Shown here piece after piece: positions 20,858-30,784 of a DNA stretch of 64,000 bases. The notes below the pieces were generated by a model that worked only from the letters and a program-made list of their open reading frames with translations, was not told the origin of the DNA and ran no database searches. A program made the position numbers and the translations under genes. The DNA comes from an uncultured Candidatus Rokubacteria bacterium. GTDB taxonomy: Bacteria > Methylomirabilota > Methylomirabilia > Rokubacteriales > DASRDR01. How positions within the stretch are numbered: position 1 is the stretch's first letter; the number at the start of each line of letters is the position of its first letter. The stretch covers positions 1-64,000 of the forward strand of contig CAWGVS010000004.1 of assembly GCA_963826115.1 (NCBI GenBank), written 5' to 3'.

Positions 20858-22354
20858 ATGACGCGAAACCTACGCTGGCCTGCGGCCCTCGGCCTCGGGC
20901 TTCTCGTATCCCTGGTCGTCTCCGCGCTGCCCGCCGGCGCCGCCGGCGCCGCCGTGGCGCCGGCCCAGGTGGCGCAGGCGGCGCCCCGCGCGGCGGACCC
21001 CGCGTTCACCGGCGCGCTCCCGGAGTCGTACCCCTGGGTGCGTCTCGCGGAGCAGCTCACGCCGGCCGTCGTCAACGTCCGCACGGTGGGCGAGGCGCGG
21101 CGCTCGCGGACTCCCAACATCCCCGAGCCGTTCCGGCGCTTCTTCCCCCAGCCGCCGCCTGAGGGCGGCGGGGGCGCGGAGCGGGAGCCGCAGCGGCCGC
21201 GCGGCATCGGCTCCGGGTTCATCATCGACGCCGACGGCTACATCGTGACGAACCACCACGTCGTGGACGGCTCGAGGACGATCGAGGTCCAGCTCTCCGA
21301 CGGGCGGACCTTCCAGCCGAAGGTCATCGGCAGCGACCCGGAGACAGACATCGCCCTCTTGAAGATCGAGGCGACCGGGCTCCCGATGATCCCCCTGGGC
21401 AGCTCGAGCGCGCTGAAGGTGGCCGAGCCCGTGATGGCCATCGGGAACCCGTTCGGGTTCGACCACACCGTGACGGTCGGCATCGTGAGCGGCACGGGCC
21501 GGTTCATCGGGGCGGGCCGCTTCGACGACTTCATCCAGACCGATGCCGCCATCAATCCCGGGAACTCGGGCGGCCCACTGATCAACACCCGGGGCGAGGC
21601 GGTCGGCATCAACTCGGCCATCCGGAGCAGCACGGGCGGCTTCCAGGGCATCGGCTTCGCGATCCCGGTCGACCTGGCGAAGCCGATCCTCGGCCAGCTC
21701 CGTGCGAGCGGGAAGGTCACGCGCGGCTGGCTCGGCGTGGGCATCCAGCCCCTCACGCAGGAGCTCGCGAAGTCGTTCGGCCTCACCGGCACGCAGGGCG
21801 CCCTCATCGCGTCGGTGAGCGACGATTCTCCCGCCGCGCGGGCCGGCTTCAAGCCGGGCGACGTGATCGTCACGTTCGACGGGAAGACCGTCGAGGGCCC
21901 GCGCGTCCTGCCGGCGATCGTCGCCAACACGCCGGTCGGGCGCGCGGTGCCGGTCGTGATCGTCCGCGACGGGAAGCGCCAGACCGTCACCGTCACGGTG
22001 GGGAGCCTCGCCGACTCGCAAGAGGCCCGCGCCGCGACGGGGGAGAAGCCGCCGCCGGAGAGCCGCGCGACGGACAAGCTCGGGCTCGCCCTCCAGGAGC
22101 TCACACCCGAGCTCGCGAAGCAGCTCGGCGTCCAGAGCGACAAGGGCGTCGTCGTCACCCAGGTGAAGCCCGACTCGCCGGCGGCCCAGGCCGGTCTTGC
22201 GCCGGGCGACGTGATCCGCGAGGTGAACCGGATGCCCGTGCAGGACCTCCAGGACGTCGAGCGGGGCCTGTCCCGGGGCCAGGATCCCGCCCAGGTCCTG
22301 CTTCGCGTCGAGCGCGAGGGCTCGCAGCGCTACGTGGTCCTCGGGATCGGGTAG
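20858..22354 (+). CDS. degP: Do/DegP (HtrA) serine protease with two PDZ domains
   Basis: GSGFII, TNHHV, DIALLK, IQTDAAINPGNSGGPL, two PDZ segments. Confidence 0.93.
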   Translation: MTRNLRWPAALGLGLLVSLVVSALPAGAAGAAVAPAQVAQAAPRAADPAFTGALPESYPWVRLAEQLTPAVVNVRTVGEARRSRTPNIPEPFRRFFPQPPPEGGGGAEREPQRPRGIGSGFIIDADGYIVTNHHVVDGSRTIEVQLSDGRTFQPKVIGSDPETDIALLKIEATGLPMIPLGSSSALKVAEPVMAIGNPFGFDHTVTVGIVSGTGRFIGAGRFDDFIQTDAAINPGNSGGPLINTRGEAVGINSAIRSSTGGFQGIGFAIPVDLAKPILGQLRASGKVTRGWLGVGIQPLTQELAKSFGLTGTQGALIASVSDDSPAARAGFKPGDVIVTFDGKTVEGPRVLPAIVANTPVGRAVPVVIVRDGKRQTVTVTVGSLADSQEARAATGEKPPPESRATDKLGLALQELTPELAKQLGVQSDKGVVVTQVKPDSPAAQAGLAPGDVIREVNRMPVQDLQDVERGLSRGQDPAQVLLRVEREGSQRYVVLGIG

Positions 22355-22509
22355 GCCGCGCGCCCGCTCGCGCGTTCCGCTTCACGCCGCGGCGCCGGGG
22401 GAGTCCTCGGCGCCGCGGCGGTCTGTTCGGTGCCCGCGCCGCGTGCTAGCATCGCGCGCGTCGTGACCGGCCGGCCCCGCCTCCGCGCCCATCCACCCCG
22501 GGAGAGACC

Positions 22510-24243
22510 ATGACGCCACCGACCGACGTCGCCGCCCGTCCCCTTCACCGCGTCCGCACGCTGCTCGGCGTCGGAGTGCCGATGCGCGACGGGGTCAAGC
22601 TCTCGACCGACGTGTACCTGCCGGACGCGCCCGGTCGCTTCCCGGTGATCCTGATCCGCACGCCGTACAGCAACATGGTCGAGGCGAACGTGGACGACGG
22701 GCAGTACTTCGCGCAGCGCGGGTACGCCGTCGTGGTCCAGGACGTCCGGGGGCGCTACGACTCCGAGGGCGCGTGGGCCCCCTTCGTCCACGAGGCCCAG
22801 GACGGCTACGACGCCCAGGAGTGGTGCGGGACCCAGCCCTGGTCGACCGGGAAGGTCGGGACCAGCGGCGCGTCGTACGTGGCGCTCACCCAGTGGCTCA
22901 CGGCGCCGCTCCGCAACCGGCATCTCACCGCCATGGCGCCGCGCGTCGGATTCTCGAACCTCTACCACAACTGGGTCTACACCGGCGGGGCGTTCCAGCT
23001 CGGCTTCAACCTCCGGTGGGGCGCGGTCCAGATGCACACGCGCACGAACCGCCTCCAGCACCTCTGGCTCCCGACGGAGCAGCACTACTCGACGCTCTTC
23101 TGGCATCTCCCGCTCTCCTCGGGCGACGAGCGCGCGGGCCGGGTCTGCGAGTTCTACCGGGAGTGGATCCGGCACCCGGACTACGGCCCGTACTGGGAGC
23201 GCCTCGGCAACCTCGAGAAGGACTACGCCGAGATCGACGTGCCGGCCTACGGCTTCGGCGGCTGGTACGACGTGTTCCTGCAGGGCACCCTCAACAACTT
23301 CATGGGCGTCCGGGCCAAGGCGCGGTCCGAGCGCGCGCGGCGCCAGAAGGTCCTGATCGGGCCCTGGATCCACTCGCTGGGGGCCCGGGGGACCGAGCGG
23401 CGGACCGGCGACGTCGACTTCGGGCCGGCGAGCCTCGTCGACCTCCGGCGCGAGGAGCTCCGCTGGTTCGACTACTGGCTCCGCGGCGTCGACGACGGGA
23501 TCATGAGCGAGCCCCCGGTGAAGGTGTTCGTCATGGGGGCCAACGTCTGGCGGACTGCGACGGACTGGCCCATCCCGGGCACGCGCTTCGTCCCCCACTA
23601 CTTCCACTCCCGCGGCCAGGCGGGGACCCTCTGGGGCGACGGGACCCTCGACCGGCAGGCGCCGGGCGCGGAGCCCACGGACCGGTACGTCTACGATCCG
23701 GCCGATCCCGTGCCGACCCTCGGCGGGAGCACGTGCTGCGGGGAGGACCTCACCCCCGTCTCGATGGGCCCCCGCGACCAGCGGTCGGCGGAGTGGCGCC
23801 CGGACGTGCTCGTGTACTCGACGCCCCCGCTCGAGGCCGATGTCGAGGTGACCGGCCCCATCAAGGTCGTCCTGTGGGCGGCCTCGTCGGCCCCGGACAC
23901 GGACTTCACCGCGAAGCTCGTCGACGTCTTCCCGTCCGGGTACGTGATGAACGTCGCGCAGGGCATCCTCCGCGCCCGCTACCGCGACTCGTTCGAGCGG
24001 CCGAGCCCGCTCGAGGCGGGCCGGCCGTACCGCCTGGAGATCGACTGCTGGTCGTCGTCGAACCTGTTCCGGCGCGGCCACCGGATCCGGGTCGAGATCT
24101 CGTCGTCGAACTTCCCCCAGTTCGACCGGAACCCGAACACCGGGCGGCCGTTCGGGCACGACACGGAGCTCGCGCGCGCGACCCAGACCGTCTATCACGA
24201 CGCGCAGCACCCGAGCCACATCCTCCTGCCCATCGTCGACTGA
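22510..24243 (+). CDS. CocE/NonD family hydrolase
   Basis: MRDGVKLSTD, RTPY, QDVRGRYDSEG, GASY, IGPWIH, SSSNFPQFDRN. Confidence 0.92.
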   Translation: MTPPTDVAARPLHRVRTLLGVGVPMRDGVKLSTDVYLPDAPGRFPVILIRTPYSNMVEANVDDGQYFAQRGYAVVVQDVRGRYDSEGAWAPFVHEAQDGYDAQEWCGTQPWSTGKVGTSGASYVALTQWLTAPLRNRHLTAMAPRVGFSNLYHNWVYTGGAFQLGFNLRWGAVQMHTRTNRLQHLWLPTEQHYSTLFWHLPLSSGDERAGRVCEFYREWIRHPDYGPYWERLGNLEKDYAEIDVPAYGFGGWYDVFLQGTLNNFMGVRAKARSERARRQKVLIGPWIHSLGARGTERRTGDVDFGPASLVDLRREELRWFDYWLRGVDDGIMSEPPVKVFVMGANVWRTATDWPIPGTRFVPHYFHSRGQAGTLWGDGTLDRQAPGAEPTDRYVYDPADPVPTLGGSTCCGEDLTPVSMGPRDQRSAEWRPDVLVYSTPPLEADVEVTGPIKVVLWAASSAPDTDFTAKLVDVFPSGYVMNVAQGILRARYRDSFERPSPLEAGRPYRLEIDCWSSSNLFRRGHRIRVEISSSNFPQFDRNPNTGRPFGHDTELARATQTVYHDAQHPSHILLPIVD

Positions 24244-24253
24244 ACGCGAACAG

Positions 24254-24322
24254 GCGGGGTCAGGCCACACCGTGAGGACGGCCTCTCGCGCGGCGAATCC
24301 CACCGTCGGGACCTGACCCCGC
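24254..24322. repeat. Second REP-like hairpin, GCGGGGTCAGG...CCTGACCCCGC
   Basis: Perfect 11-bp inverted repeat (24254-24264 / 24312-24322) sharing the GGGGTCAGG core and inner CGCGGCGAA with the 14728 element. Confidence 0.7.
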
Positions 24323-24334
24323 GGGTGACGTCGA

Positions 24335-25378
24335 ATGTCACAGTCAGGGCCTGACCTCGAGCTTGGCGCGGCGGTACGGGCGGCGCCCAAGGTGGAGCTC
24401 CACCTCCACCTCGACGGCGCGATGGCGCTCCCGTGGCTCCTCGAGCGCGTGCGCCGGCGCGAGCCCGGCATCGCCACGGTCGAGGCGCTCCGGGCGCGGC
24501 TCGCGTTCCGGACGTTCGACGAGTTCATCGAGCGCTGGGTCTGGAAGTGCGGCTTCCTCGACCGGTACGAGGACTTCGACGCGCTCGCCGAGTCCGTGCT
24601 CGGCGACCTCGCCGCCCAGGGCGTGGTGCACGTCGAGCCCTCGATCTCGCCGGGCGACTACGAGAAGGCCCGCGGCCTCGAGGCGGTCGGCGTCCTGGAG
24701 GCCGTGCTCCGCGGCGTGGAGCGGGCCACGCGCGCCCACGGCATCACGTGCGGGCTGGTGGTCGACCTGATCCGGAACCACGGCCCGGCGACCGCCGCGC
24801 GGCGGCTCGAGGAGATCACGCCCTACCGGCGCCAGGGCGTCGTCGCGGTCGGGCTCGGCGGGAGCGAGGCGGAGTTCCCACCCGGCCCGTTCGCCGAGGT
24901 CTACCGGGAAGCCGCGCGGCGCGGGTTCCACCGGACGGCGCACGCCGGGGAGGTGGCGGGTCCCGCGTCGGTGCGGGACGCGCTCGACCAGCTCGGCGTC
25001 GAGCGGATCGATCACGGCGTGCGCGCGATCGAGGACCCGGCCCTGGTGGCGCGGCTCGCGCGCGATGGCGTGCCGCTCGCCGTCTGCCCGACCTCGAACG
25101 TCCGGACGGCCGCGGTGCCGAGCCTCGCCGAGCACCCGCTGCGCCGGCTCTACGACGCCGGCGTGCGCGTGACGGTCAACTCCGACGACCCGACGTTCTT
25201 CGGCCACAGCGTGACGGACGAGCTCTTGCTCTGCCACACGGCGTTCGGCTTCACGCCCCGCGAGCTCGCCCTCGTGACCGGCAACGCGGTCGACGCGGCG
25301 TTCCTGGATCCGGTGGCGCGGGCCCAGCTCCGGGCCCGCGTCCGCTCCGGCTGGGCCGACCTCGTCGCGCGCGGCTGA
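24335..25378 (+). CDS. add: Adenosine/adenine deaminase
   Basis: PKVELHLHLDG, HAGE, RIDHG, VCPTSN, NSDDP. Confidence 0.9.
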   Translation: MSQSGPDLELGAAVRAAPKVELHLHLDGAMALPWLLERVRRREPGIATVEALRARLAFRTFDEFIERWVWKCGFLDRYEDFDALAESVLGDLAAQGVVHVEPSISPGDYEKARGLEAVGVLEAVLRGVERATRAHGITCGLVVDLIRNHGPATAARRLEEITPYRRQGVVAVGLGGSEAEFPPGPFAEVYREAARRGFHRTAHAGEVAGPASVRDALDQLGVERIDHGVRAIEDPALVARLARDGVPLAVCPTSNVRTAAVPSLAEHPLRRLYDAGVRVTVNSDDPTFFGHSVTDELLLCHTAFGFTPRELALVTGNAVDAAFLDPVARAQLRARVRSGWADLVARG

Positions 25379-25393
25379 GCGGAGCCCGGGCGC

Positions 25394-26797
25394 CTAGCCG
25401 AGCGGCGGGCGCTGTCGCCACCATCCCGCCGCCTGCTCGTACGCGTGGCCGGCGCGGAGGAGGGTGGCCTCGTCGAACGGCCGGCCCACCAGCTGGAGGC
25501 CCACGGGCCGCCCGTCGGGCGCGAAGCCGCACGGCACGCTGAGCGCCGGCAGCCCGAGCGCGTTGAAGGGCCGCGTGAACCGCGAGAACCGGCCCATCCG
25601 GCGCACGATCTCGTCGGGCGTGCCCGCCTTCGCCGCCGCGATGGCCGGCGCCGGCTCGGGGATCGTGGGCGCGACGAGGACGTCGACCCGCGCGAAGGCG
25701 TCGTCCACGAAGTCCCGCGTGACGCGGGCCCGGAGCCGCGTCGCCTGGAGGTAGTCGAGGGCCATCACCTGGAAGCCCACCTCGAGCCGCATCCGGACGG
25801 CCGGCTGGAGCAGGTGCGGCGACTCGCGGACGATGCGCGCGTGGACGGCCGCGCTCTCGGAGCGGGCGATCACGTTGGCGAGGTCGTTGAGGAGCGCCGG
25901 GTCGGGCACGGGGCACTCGGCGACCTCGGCCCCGAGGCCGCGGAGCGTCTCGAGGGCGCGGCCGACGGCGTCCTGGACCGCCGCGTCCAGCCCGTCGAAG
26001 TAGTAGCGATCCGGCACGCCGACGCGGAGTCCGGCGATGGGCCGGTCGAGGCCCGCCAGATAGTCGGGGACCGGGCGGCCGCTCGCCGTCGCGTCGCGCG
26101 GGTCGGCCCCCGCGATCACGCCGAGGAGAATCGCCGCGTCGCGCACGGTCCGGGCGAGCGGCCCCACGTGGTCGAGCGACCACGACAGCGGCATGCCGCC
26201 GGCCCGGCTCACGCGGCCATAGGTGGGCTTGAGCCCCACGACGCCGCAGCACGCGGCCGGGAGTCGGATCGAGCCGCCGGTGTCGGTGCCGAGCGCGCCG
26301 TAGACGAGGCCGCCGCCCACGGCCGCGCCCGATCCGCTCGACGAGCCGCCCGCGCAGTGGCCCGCGCGCCAGGGCGTCTCGGCATCGCCGTGGTGCGCGT
26401 TGTCGCCGAAGGGCCCGAGCGCCAGCTCCGAGAGGTTCAGCCGGCCGAGCGTGATCGCGCCCGCCGCCTCGAGCCGGGCCACGGCGGTGGCGTCGTGCGC
26501 GGCGCGAAAGTACTCCGGCACGGCGGTGCCGCAGGACGCCGCGCGGCCGCCCCACGCGAAGAGGTCCTTGTGGGCGAGCGGGACCCCGTGGAGCGGGCCG
26601 CGGGACCGGCCCGCCTTGACCTCGGCCTCGCGGACCCGCGCCGTCCGGATCGCCTGGTCGGCGTCGACGTGGAGGAAGGCGTGGAGTCGCGGCCCGATGG
26701 CGTCGATGCGGGCGAGGCACTCCTCCGTCGCCTCGACCGGCGAGATCTCGCGGGCGCGGATCCGCGCGGCCAGGCCGGCGAGCGTGTCGTCAGTCAC
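25394..26797 (-). CDS. Amidase signature family enzyme
   Basis: HGVPLAHKD, GGSSSGS, GTDTGGSIRLPA, GLKPTYGRVS. Confidence 0.92.
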   Translation of the reverse strand: MTDDTLAGLAARIRAREISPVEATEECLARIDAIGPRLHAFLHVDADQAIRTARVREAEVKAGRSRGPLHGVPLAHKDLFAWGGRAASCGTAVPEYFRAAHDATAVARLEAAGAITLGRLNLSELALGPFGDNAHHGDAETPWRAGHCAGGSSSGSGAAVGGGLVYGALGTDTGGSIRLPAACCGVVGLKPTYGRVSRAGGMPLSWSLDHVGPLARTVRDAAILLGVIAGADPRDATASGRPVPDYLAGLDRPIAGLRVGVPDRYYFDGLDAAVQDAVGRALETLRGLGAEVAECPVPDPALLNDLANVIARSESAAVHARIVRESPHLLQPAVRMRLEVGFQVMALDYLQATRLRARVTRDFVDDAFARVDVLVAPTIPEPAPAIAAAKAGTPDEIVRRMGRFSRFTRPFNALGLPALSVPCGFAPDGRPVGLQLVGRPFDEATLLRAGHAYEQAAGWWRQRPPLG

Positions 26798-26969
26798 GGC
26801 GCGGCGCGGCCGGGGGCGGCGGGGGCTCGGGCGCGGGGGCGCCCGCGTCGAGGGCGGCCGCGAAGTTGGCGGGCTCCTCGCCGAGGGCGAGGTCGCCGGC
26901 GGCGCGCTCGATCGGGGCGACCAGATCGGCCAGCGCGCCGGCGCGCGCGCGCTCCGCGTCGCGGGTCAA
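26790..26969 (-). CDS. Small protein (about 59 aa) upstream of amidase, possible GatC/AtzG-like partner
   Basis: Not in ORF track; TTG..ALADLVAPIERAAGDLALGEEPANFAAALDAGAP..TGA overlapping the amidase GTG; start uncertain. Confidence 0.5.
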   Translation of the reverse strand: MTRDAERARAGALADLVAPIERAAGDLALGEEPANFAAALDAGAPAPEPPPPPAAPRRD

Positions 26970-27100
26970 CGCGGGGCGGGGGCGAGGGAGCGGGGCGGGG
27001 AGGGCATGGCCGACGGGGGCGATGCTATCATGGCGCCGCCGCCCGAAGCCCGCCGCGTTCCCGAGCCGGCACGCCGGCCGGGGGGAGGTCAGCCCCAGTC

Positions 27101-28153
27101 GTGCACGCGTTCCTCGCCGCTTGCCGGCGCCGTCCGACGGCGTTCACGCCGATCTGGCTGATGCGCCAGGCCGGCCGCTTCCTGCCCGAGTACCGCGCGA
27201 TCCGGGAGCGGATCGGCTTCCTCGAGCTCTGCCGGACGCCGGATGTCGCCGCCGAGGTGACGGTCCTGCCCGTGGACAAGCTCGGCGTGGACGCCGCGAT
27301 CCTCTTCGCCGACATCCTGCTCCTGCTGGAGCCGCTGGGCGTCGGCCTCGAGTTCTCGCGAGGCGAGGGGCCAGTCATCCGGCGCCCGGTGCGCTCGGCG
27401 GCCGACGTCGCCCGCCTGGTCGAGCGGGATCCCGCGGAGACCGTCCCCTTCGTGTTCGAGACCGTGCGCCGGGCGCGCGCGGCCCTCGGCGGCCGGGTAC
27501 CCCTGATCGGCTTCGCCGGGGCGCCGTTCACCGTGGCGTCGTACCTCGTGGAGGGCGGCGCGTCGCGTGACTACCTCGAGACGAAGCGGCTCATGTATGG
27601 CGACCCGGGCGCGTGGCAGGCGCTCCTCGCGCTCCTCGCGCGGACGACGGCCCGCTACCTGAACGGCCAGATCGCCGCGGGGGTCGAGGCCGTGCAGCTC
27701 TTCGACTCGTGGGTCGGCGCGCTCGGGCCGGACGACTACCGCGCCTTCGTCCTCCCGCACACCCGGGCGCTCCTCCGGGCGCTGACGCCGGGCGTGCCCG
27801 TGATCCATTTCGGCACCGGGACGGCGGGGTTGCTGGAGCTCCTCCGCGAGGCCGGGGGCGACGTCATCGGGCTCGACTGGCGCGTCGAGCTCGCCGAGGG
27901 CTGGCGCCGGGTCGGCCCCGACGTGGCGGTCCAGGGGAACCTCGACCCCGTGGCGCTCTTCGCGCCGCCCGCCGAGATCCGCCGCCGGGCGGCCGCCATC
28001 CTCGCGCAGGCCGGCGGCCGGCCGGGCCACGTGTTCAACCTGGGCCACGGGGTCCTGCCCGGCACTCCCGTCGACCACGTGCGGGCCCTCGTCGACGCCG
28101 TCCACGAGCTGTCGGCCCGGCCGGCGGGGTCGGTCCGGGAGGCCACGGCGTGA
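27101..28153 (+). CDS. hemE: Uroporphyrinogen decarboxylase
   Basis: PIWLMRQAGRFLPEYR, AAILFADIL, IGFAGAPFT, QLFDSW, QGNLDP, FNLGHG. Confidence 0.95.
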   Translation: MHAFLAACRRRPTAFTPIWLMRQAGRFLPEYRAIRERIGFLELCRTPDVAAEVTVLPVDKLGVDAAILFADILLLLEPLGVGLEFSRGEGPVIRRPVRSAADVARLVERDPAETVPFVFETVRRARAALGGRVPLIGFAGAPFTVASYLVEGGASRDYLETKRLMYGDPGAWQALLALLARTTARYLNGQIAAGVEAVQLFDSWVGALGPDDYRAFVLPHTRALLRALTPGVPVIHFGTGTAGLLELLREAGGDVIGLDWRVELAEGWRRVGPDVAVQGNLDPVALFAPPAEIRRRAAAILAQAGGRPGHVFNLGHGVLPGTPVDHVRALVDAVHELSARPAGSVREATA

Positions 28154-28683
28154 AGCCGCTCGTCCCCTTCGGGCTCTGGTCGTGGATCGAGGCGCACCGT
28201 GCCGCGTTCGAGCCCCCGGTCGGCAACAAGGTCATCTGGGAGGACTCCCAGTTCACGGCGATGGTGGTCCGGGGCCCGAACGCGCGGCGCGACTTCCACA
28301 TCGATCCGTCGGACGAGCTCTTCTTCATGCTCCGGGGGGACATGACGCTCGAGTACCTCGAGGCCGGCCGGCGCCGGACCGCGGTGATCCGCGAGGGCGA
28401 GATGATGCTGGTGCCGGCGCTCACGCCCCACGCGCCCCACCGCCCGGCCGACACGTGGGGGCTGGTGGTCGAGGTGAAGCGCACCGGGGCGCAGGAGGAG
28501 TCCCTCCTCTGGCTCTGCGAGCGCTGCGACGCCACGCTCCACCAGGTCACGATGCGCGCGGCCGACATCGAGCGGGACCTCCGGCAGGCCATCGAGCGCT
28601 TCGACGCGAGCGCGGAGCTCCGGCGGTGTCGGGCCTGCGGCCACGTCCAGCCGGAGCGGGCGCCCGCGCCGGCGCGGCCCTGA
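28150..28683 (+). CDS. nbaC: 3-hydroxyanthranilate 3,4-dioxygenase
   Basis: PPVGNKVIW, GPNARRDFH, ELFF, PHAPHRP, CERC and CRACG rubredoxin-like site; GTGA overlap with hemE. Confidence 0.9.
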   Translation: MKPLVPFGLWSWIEAHRAAFEPPVGNKVIWEDSQFTAMVVRGPNARRDFHIDPSDELFFMLRGDMTLEYLEAGRRRTAVIREGEMMLVPALTPHAPHRPADTWGLVVEVKRTGAQEESLLWLCERCDATLHQVTMRAADIERDLRQAIERFDASAELRRCRACGHVQPERAPAPARP

Positions 28684-28702
28684 CGCCGAGGGCCGCGCGC
28701 CC

Positions 28703-30121
28703 GTGACCCCGCCTCGCGTCGTCGTCGTCGGGGGCGGCATCGCGGGGCTCGCGGCCGCGCATCGCCTGCTCGAGCTCGCGCGCGAGGCCGGGCGGCCCGT
28801 CGACGTCACGCTGGTCGAGGGCAGCGCGCGCCTCGGCGGGCACCTCCGCACCGAGCGGGCGGACGGATTCCTCCTCGAGGCCGGCGCGGACTCGTTCATC
28901 TCCGAGAAGCCGTGGGCGCTCGCGCTCGCCGAGCGCCTCGGCCTCGGCCCGCGCCTCCGCCGGACGGACGACCGCTACCGGCGCACGTACGTGGTCCGTC
29001 GGGGCCGGCTCTCGCCGCTTCCCGAGGGCTTCGTCCTCGTCGCGCCGACCCGCCCGTGGCCGGTGCTCGCCTCCGACGTGTTCTCCTGGCGCGGGAAGCT
29101 CCGGCTTGCGGCCGACCTCGTCCTGCCGCGCCGGACCGGGTCGGGGGACGAGAGCCTCGGCAGCTTCGTCCGCCGGCGACTCGGCCGCGAGGCGCTCGAG
29201 CGCGTCGTCCAGCCGCTCGTCGGCGGGATCTACACGGCGGACCCGGACCGCCTGTCGCTCCAGGCGACCATGCCGCGCTTCCTCGCGCTCGAGCGAGAGC
29301 ACCGGAGCCTGATCCTCGGCCTCCGGCGCGCGGTGCCGATCGGCGAGGCGGCCCGGGCGAGCGGCGCGCGCTGGAGCCTGTTCGTGACGCTCGCCGACGG
29401 CATGGAGGCGCTCGTCGCCGCCCTGGCCGCGCGCCTGCCCGGGGGGGCGGTGCGGCTCGGCACGCCGGCGACGGGGATCCGGGCGGCGCCGGACGGGTGG
29501 GACGTGGCCCTCGGGACCGGTCCGCCCCTCCGCGCCGACGCCGTCGTCCTGGCCGGCCCGGCGCCCCGGATGGCGCCGCTCGTCGACGCCGCCGACCCGC
29601 CGCTCGCCGCTCGCCTCGGCGAGATCCGGTACGCCTCGTCGGCCACGATCGCGCTCGCGTATCCGCGGGCCGCGGTCCGGCATCCCCTCGACGGCTTCGG
29701 TTTCGTCGTGCCCCGGGTCGAAGGGCGAGGGATCCTGGCCTGCACCTTCTCGAGCGTGAAGTACCCCGGCCGGGCGCCCGACGGCACCGTCCTCCTGCGA
29801 GTGTTCGTCGGCGGGGCCCTCCAGGAGTCGCTCCTCGCGCAGGACGACCGGGATCTCCTCGACCTGGCGCGCGCGGAGGTGGCGGCGCTCCTGGGCATCG
29901 CCGGGGACCCGATCCTCACCCGGCTCTGGCGGCACCCCGGGGCGATGCCGCAATATGAGGTTGGGCACCTCGACCGGGTCGCCGCGATCGAGGCCCGCCT
30001 CGAGGCGCTGCCGGGCCTGGCCGTGGCCGGCGGCGCCTACCGGGGCGTCGGGATCGCCGACTGCGTCCGCTCCGGCGAGGCAGCGGCCGAGCGGCTCCAC
30101 GGGAGCCTCAAGGGACGGTAG
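28703..30121 (+). CDS. hemY: Protoporphyrinogen/coproporphyrinogen oxidase (HemY type)
   Basis: GGGIAGL FAD motif, EAGADSF, GGIYTAD, GFGFVVP, MPQYEVGH, GVGIADC. Confidence 0.92.
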   Translation: MTPPRVVVVGGGIAGLAAAHRLLELAREAGRPVDVTLVEGSARLGGHLRTERADGFLLEAGADSFISEKPWALALAERLGLGPRLRRTDDRYRRTYVVRRGRLSPLPEGFVLVAPTRPWPVLASDVFSWRGKLRLAADLVLPRRTGSGDESLGSFVRRRLGREALERVVQPLVGGIYTADPDRLSLQATMPRFLALEREHRSLILGLRRAVPIGEAARASGARWSLFVTLADGMEALVAALAARLPGGAVRLGTPATGIRAAPDGWDVALGTGPPLRADAVVLAGPAPRMAPLVDAADPPLAARLGEIRYASSATIALAYPRAAVRHPLDGFGFVVPRVEGRGILACTFSSVKYPGRAPDGTVLLRVFVGGALQESLLAQDDRDLLDLARAEVAALLGIAGDPILTRLWRHPGAMPQYEVGHLDRVAAIEARLEALPGLAVAGGAYRGVGIADCVRSGEAAAERLHGSLKGR

Positions 30122-30123
30122 CG

Positions 30124-30552
30124 ATGCGCGGGATCTCCCGCCGGGTGGCGGTCTGGCTGGTCCTCGGGCTGATCGGCGGGGCGCTCCCCGGCCGGGCGGC
30201 CACGGTGCCGAACCGGACCTTCGACGCCCCCATCGACCGGGTCTGGACGGTGACCGAGACGGTCCTCAAGACCCTCGGCTGGGAGATCGATCGGTCCGAC
30301 CGGGCCGTCGGGTGGCTCCTGACCGACTCCCGGAAGGTCGATTTCAAGGAATATGCCGTCTACGGCAAGGGGTTACGGCACAAGCTCCGCATCTCGCTGA
30401 AGCGTCTCTCGGACAGGCGGACCCTGGTATCGGTCGAGCGGGAGCTCTACACCGAGGAGCGCGTCCTCTGGATGATCGAGCGGACGCCCATGGCCGCCAC
30501 CGAGCAGACCGTCGAGACCGAGGTCCTGGACGCGATCGGCCAGGGGCTCTAG
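30124..30552 (+). CDS. Secreted hypothetical protein
   Basis: Signal peptide-like N-terminus, GC3-biased codons, 2 bp after hemY. Confidence 0.7.
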   Translation: MRGISRRVAVWLVLGLIGGALPGRAATVPNRTFDAPIDRVWTVTETVLKTLGWEIDRSDRAVGWLLTDSRKVDFKEYAVYGKGLRHKLRISLKRLSDRRTLVSVERELYTEERVLWMIERTPMAATEQTVETEVLDAIGQGL

Positions 30553-30784
30553 GGGCCGGCTGGGGGGTCGCCGCCGGCGGGGCCCCTGGGCCGACCGCTT
30601 GATTTTGCGTCGCGTCATGCCGACAATACGGGGCACCGTATGCCCGGACGGGGCGGTCGCGCGTCCGTGGCCACGCACACTTCAGATACCGAGGGAGGTG
30701 AGGGACGGCCCTCGAACGCGAGGGCTTGACGCTGGTGTCCGCGTATCCATCCGAACCATGATGCTCTCACCTGGAGGTCACTCG

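Noticed and set aside
25394-26797. Calling the amidase gatA
   Set aside because: No gatB adjacent; only generic amidase-signature motifs
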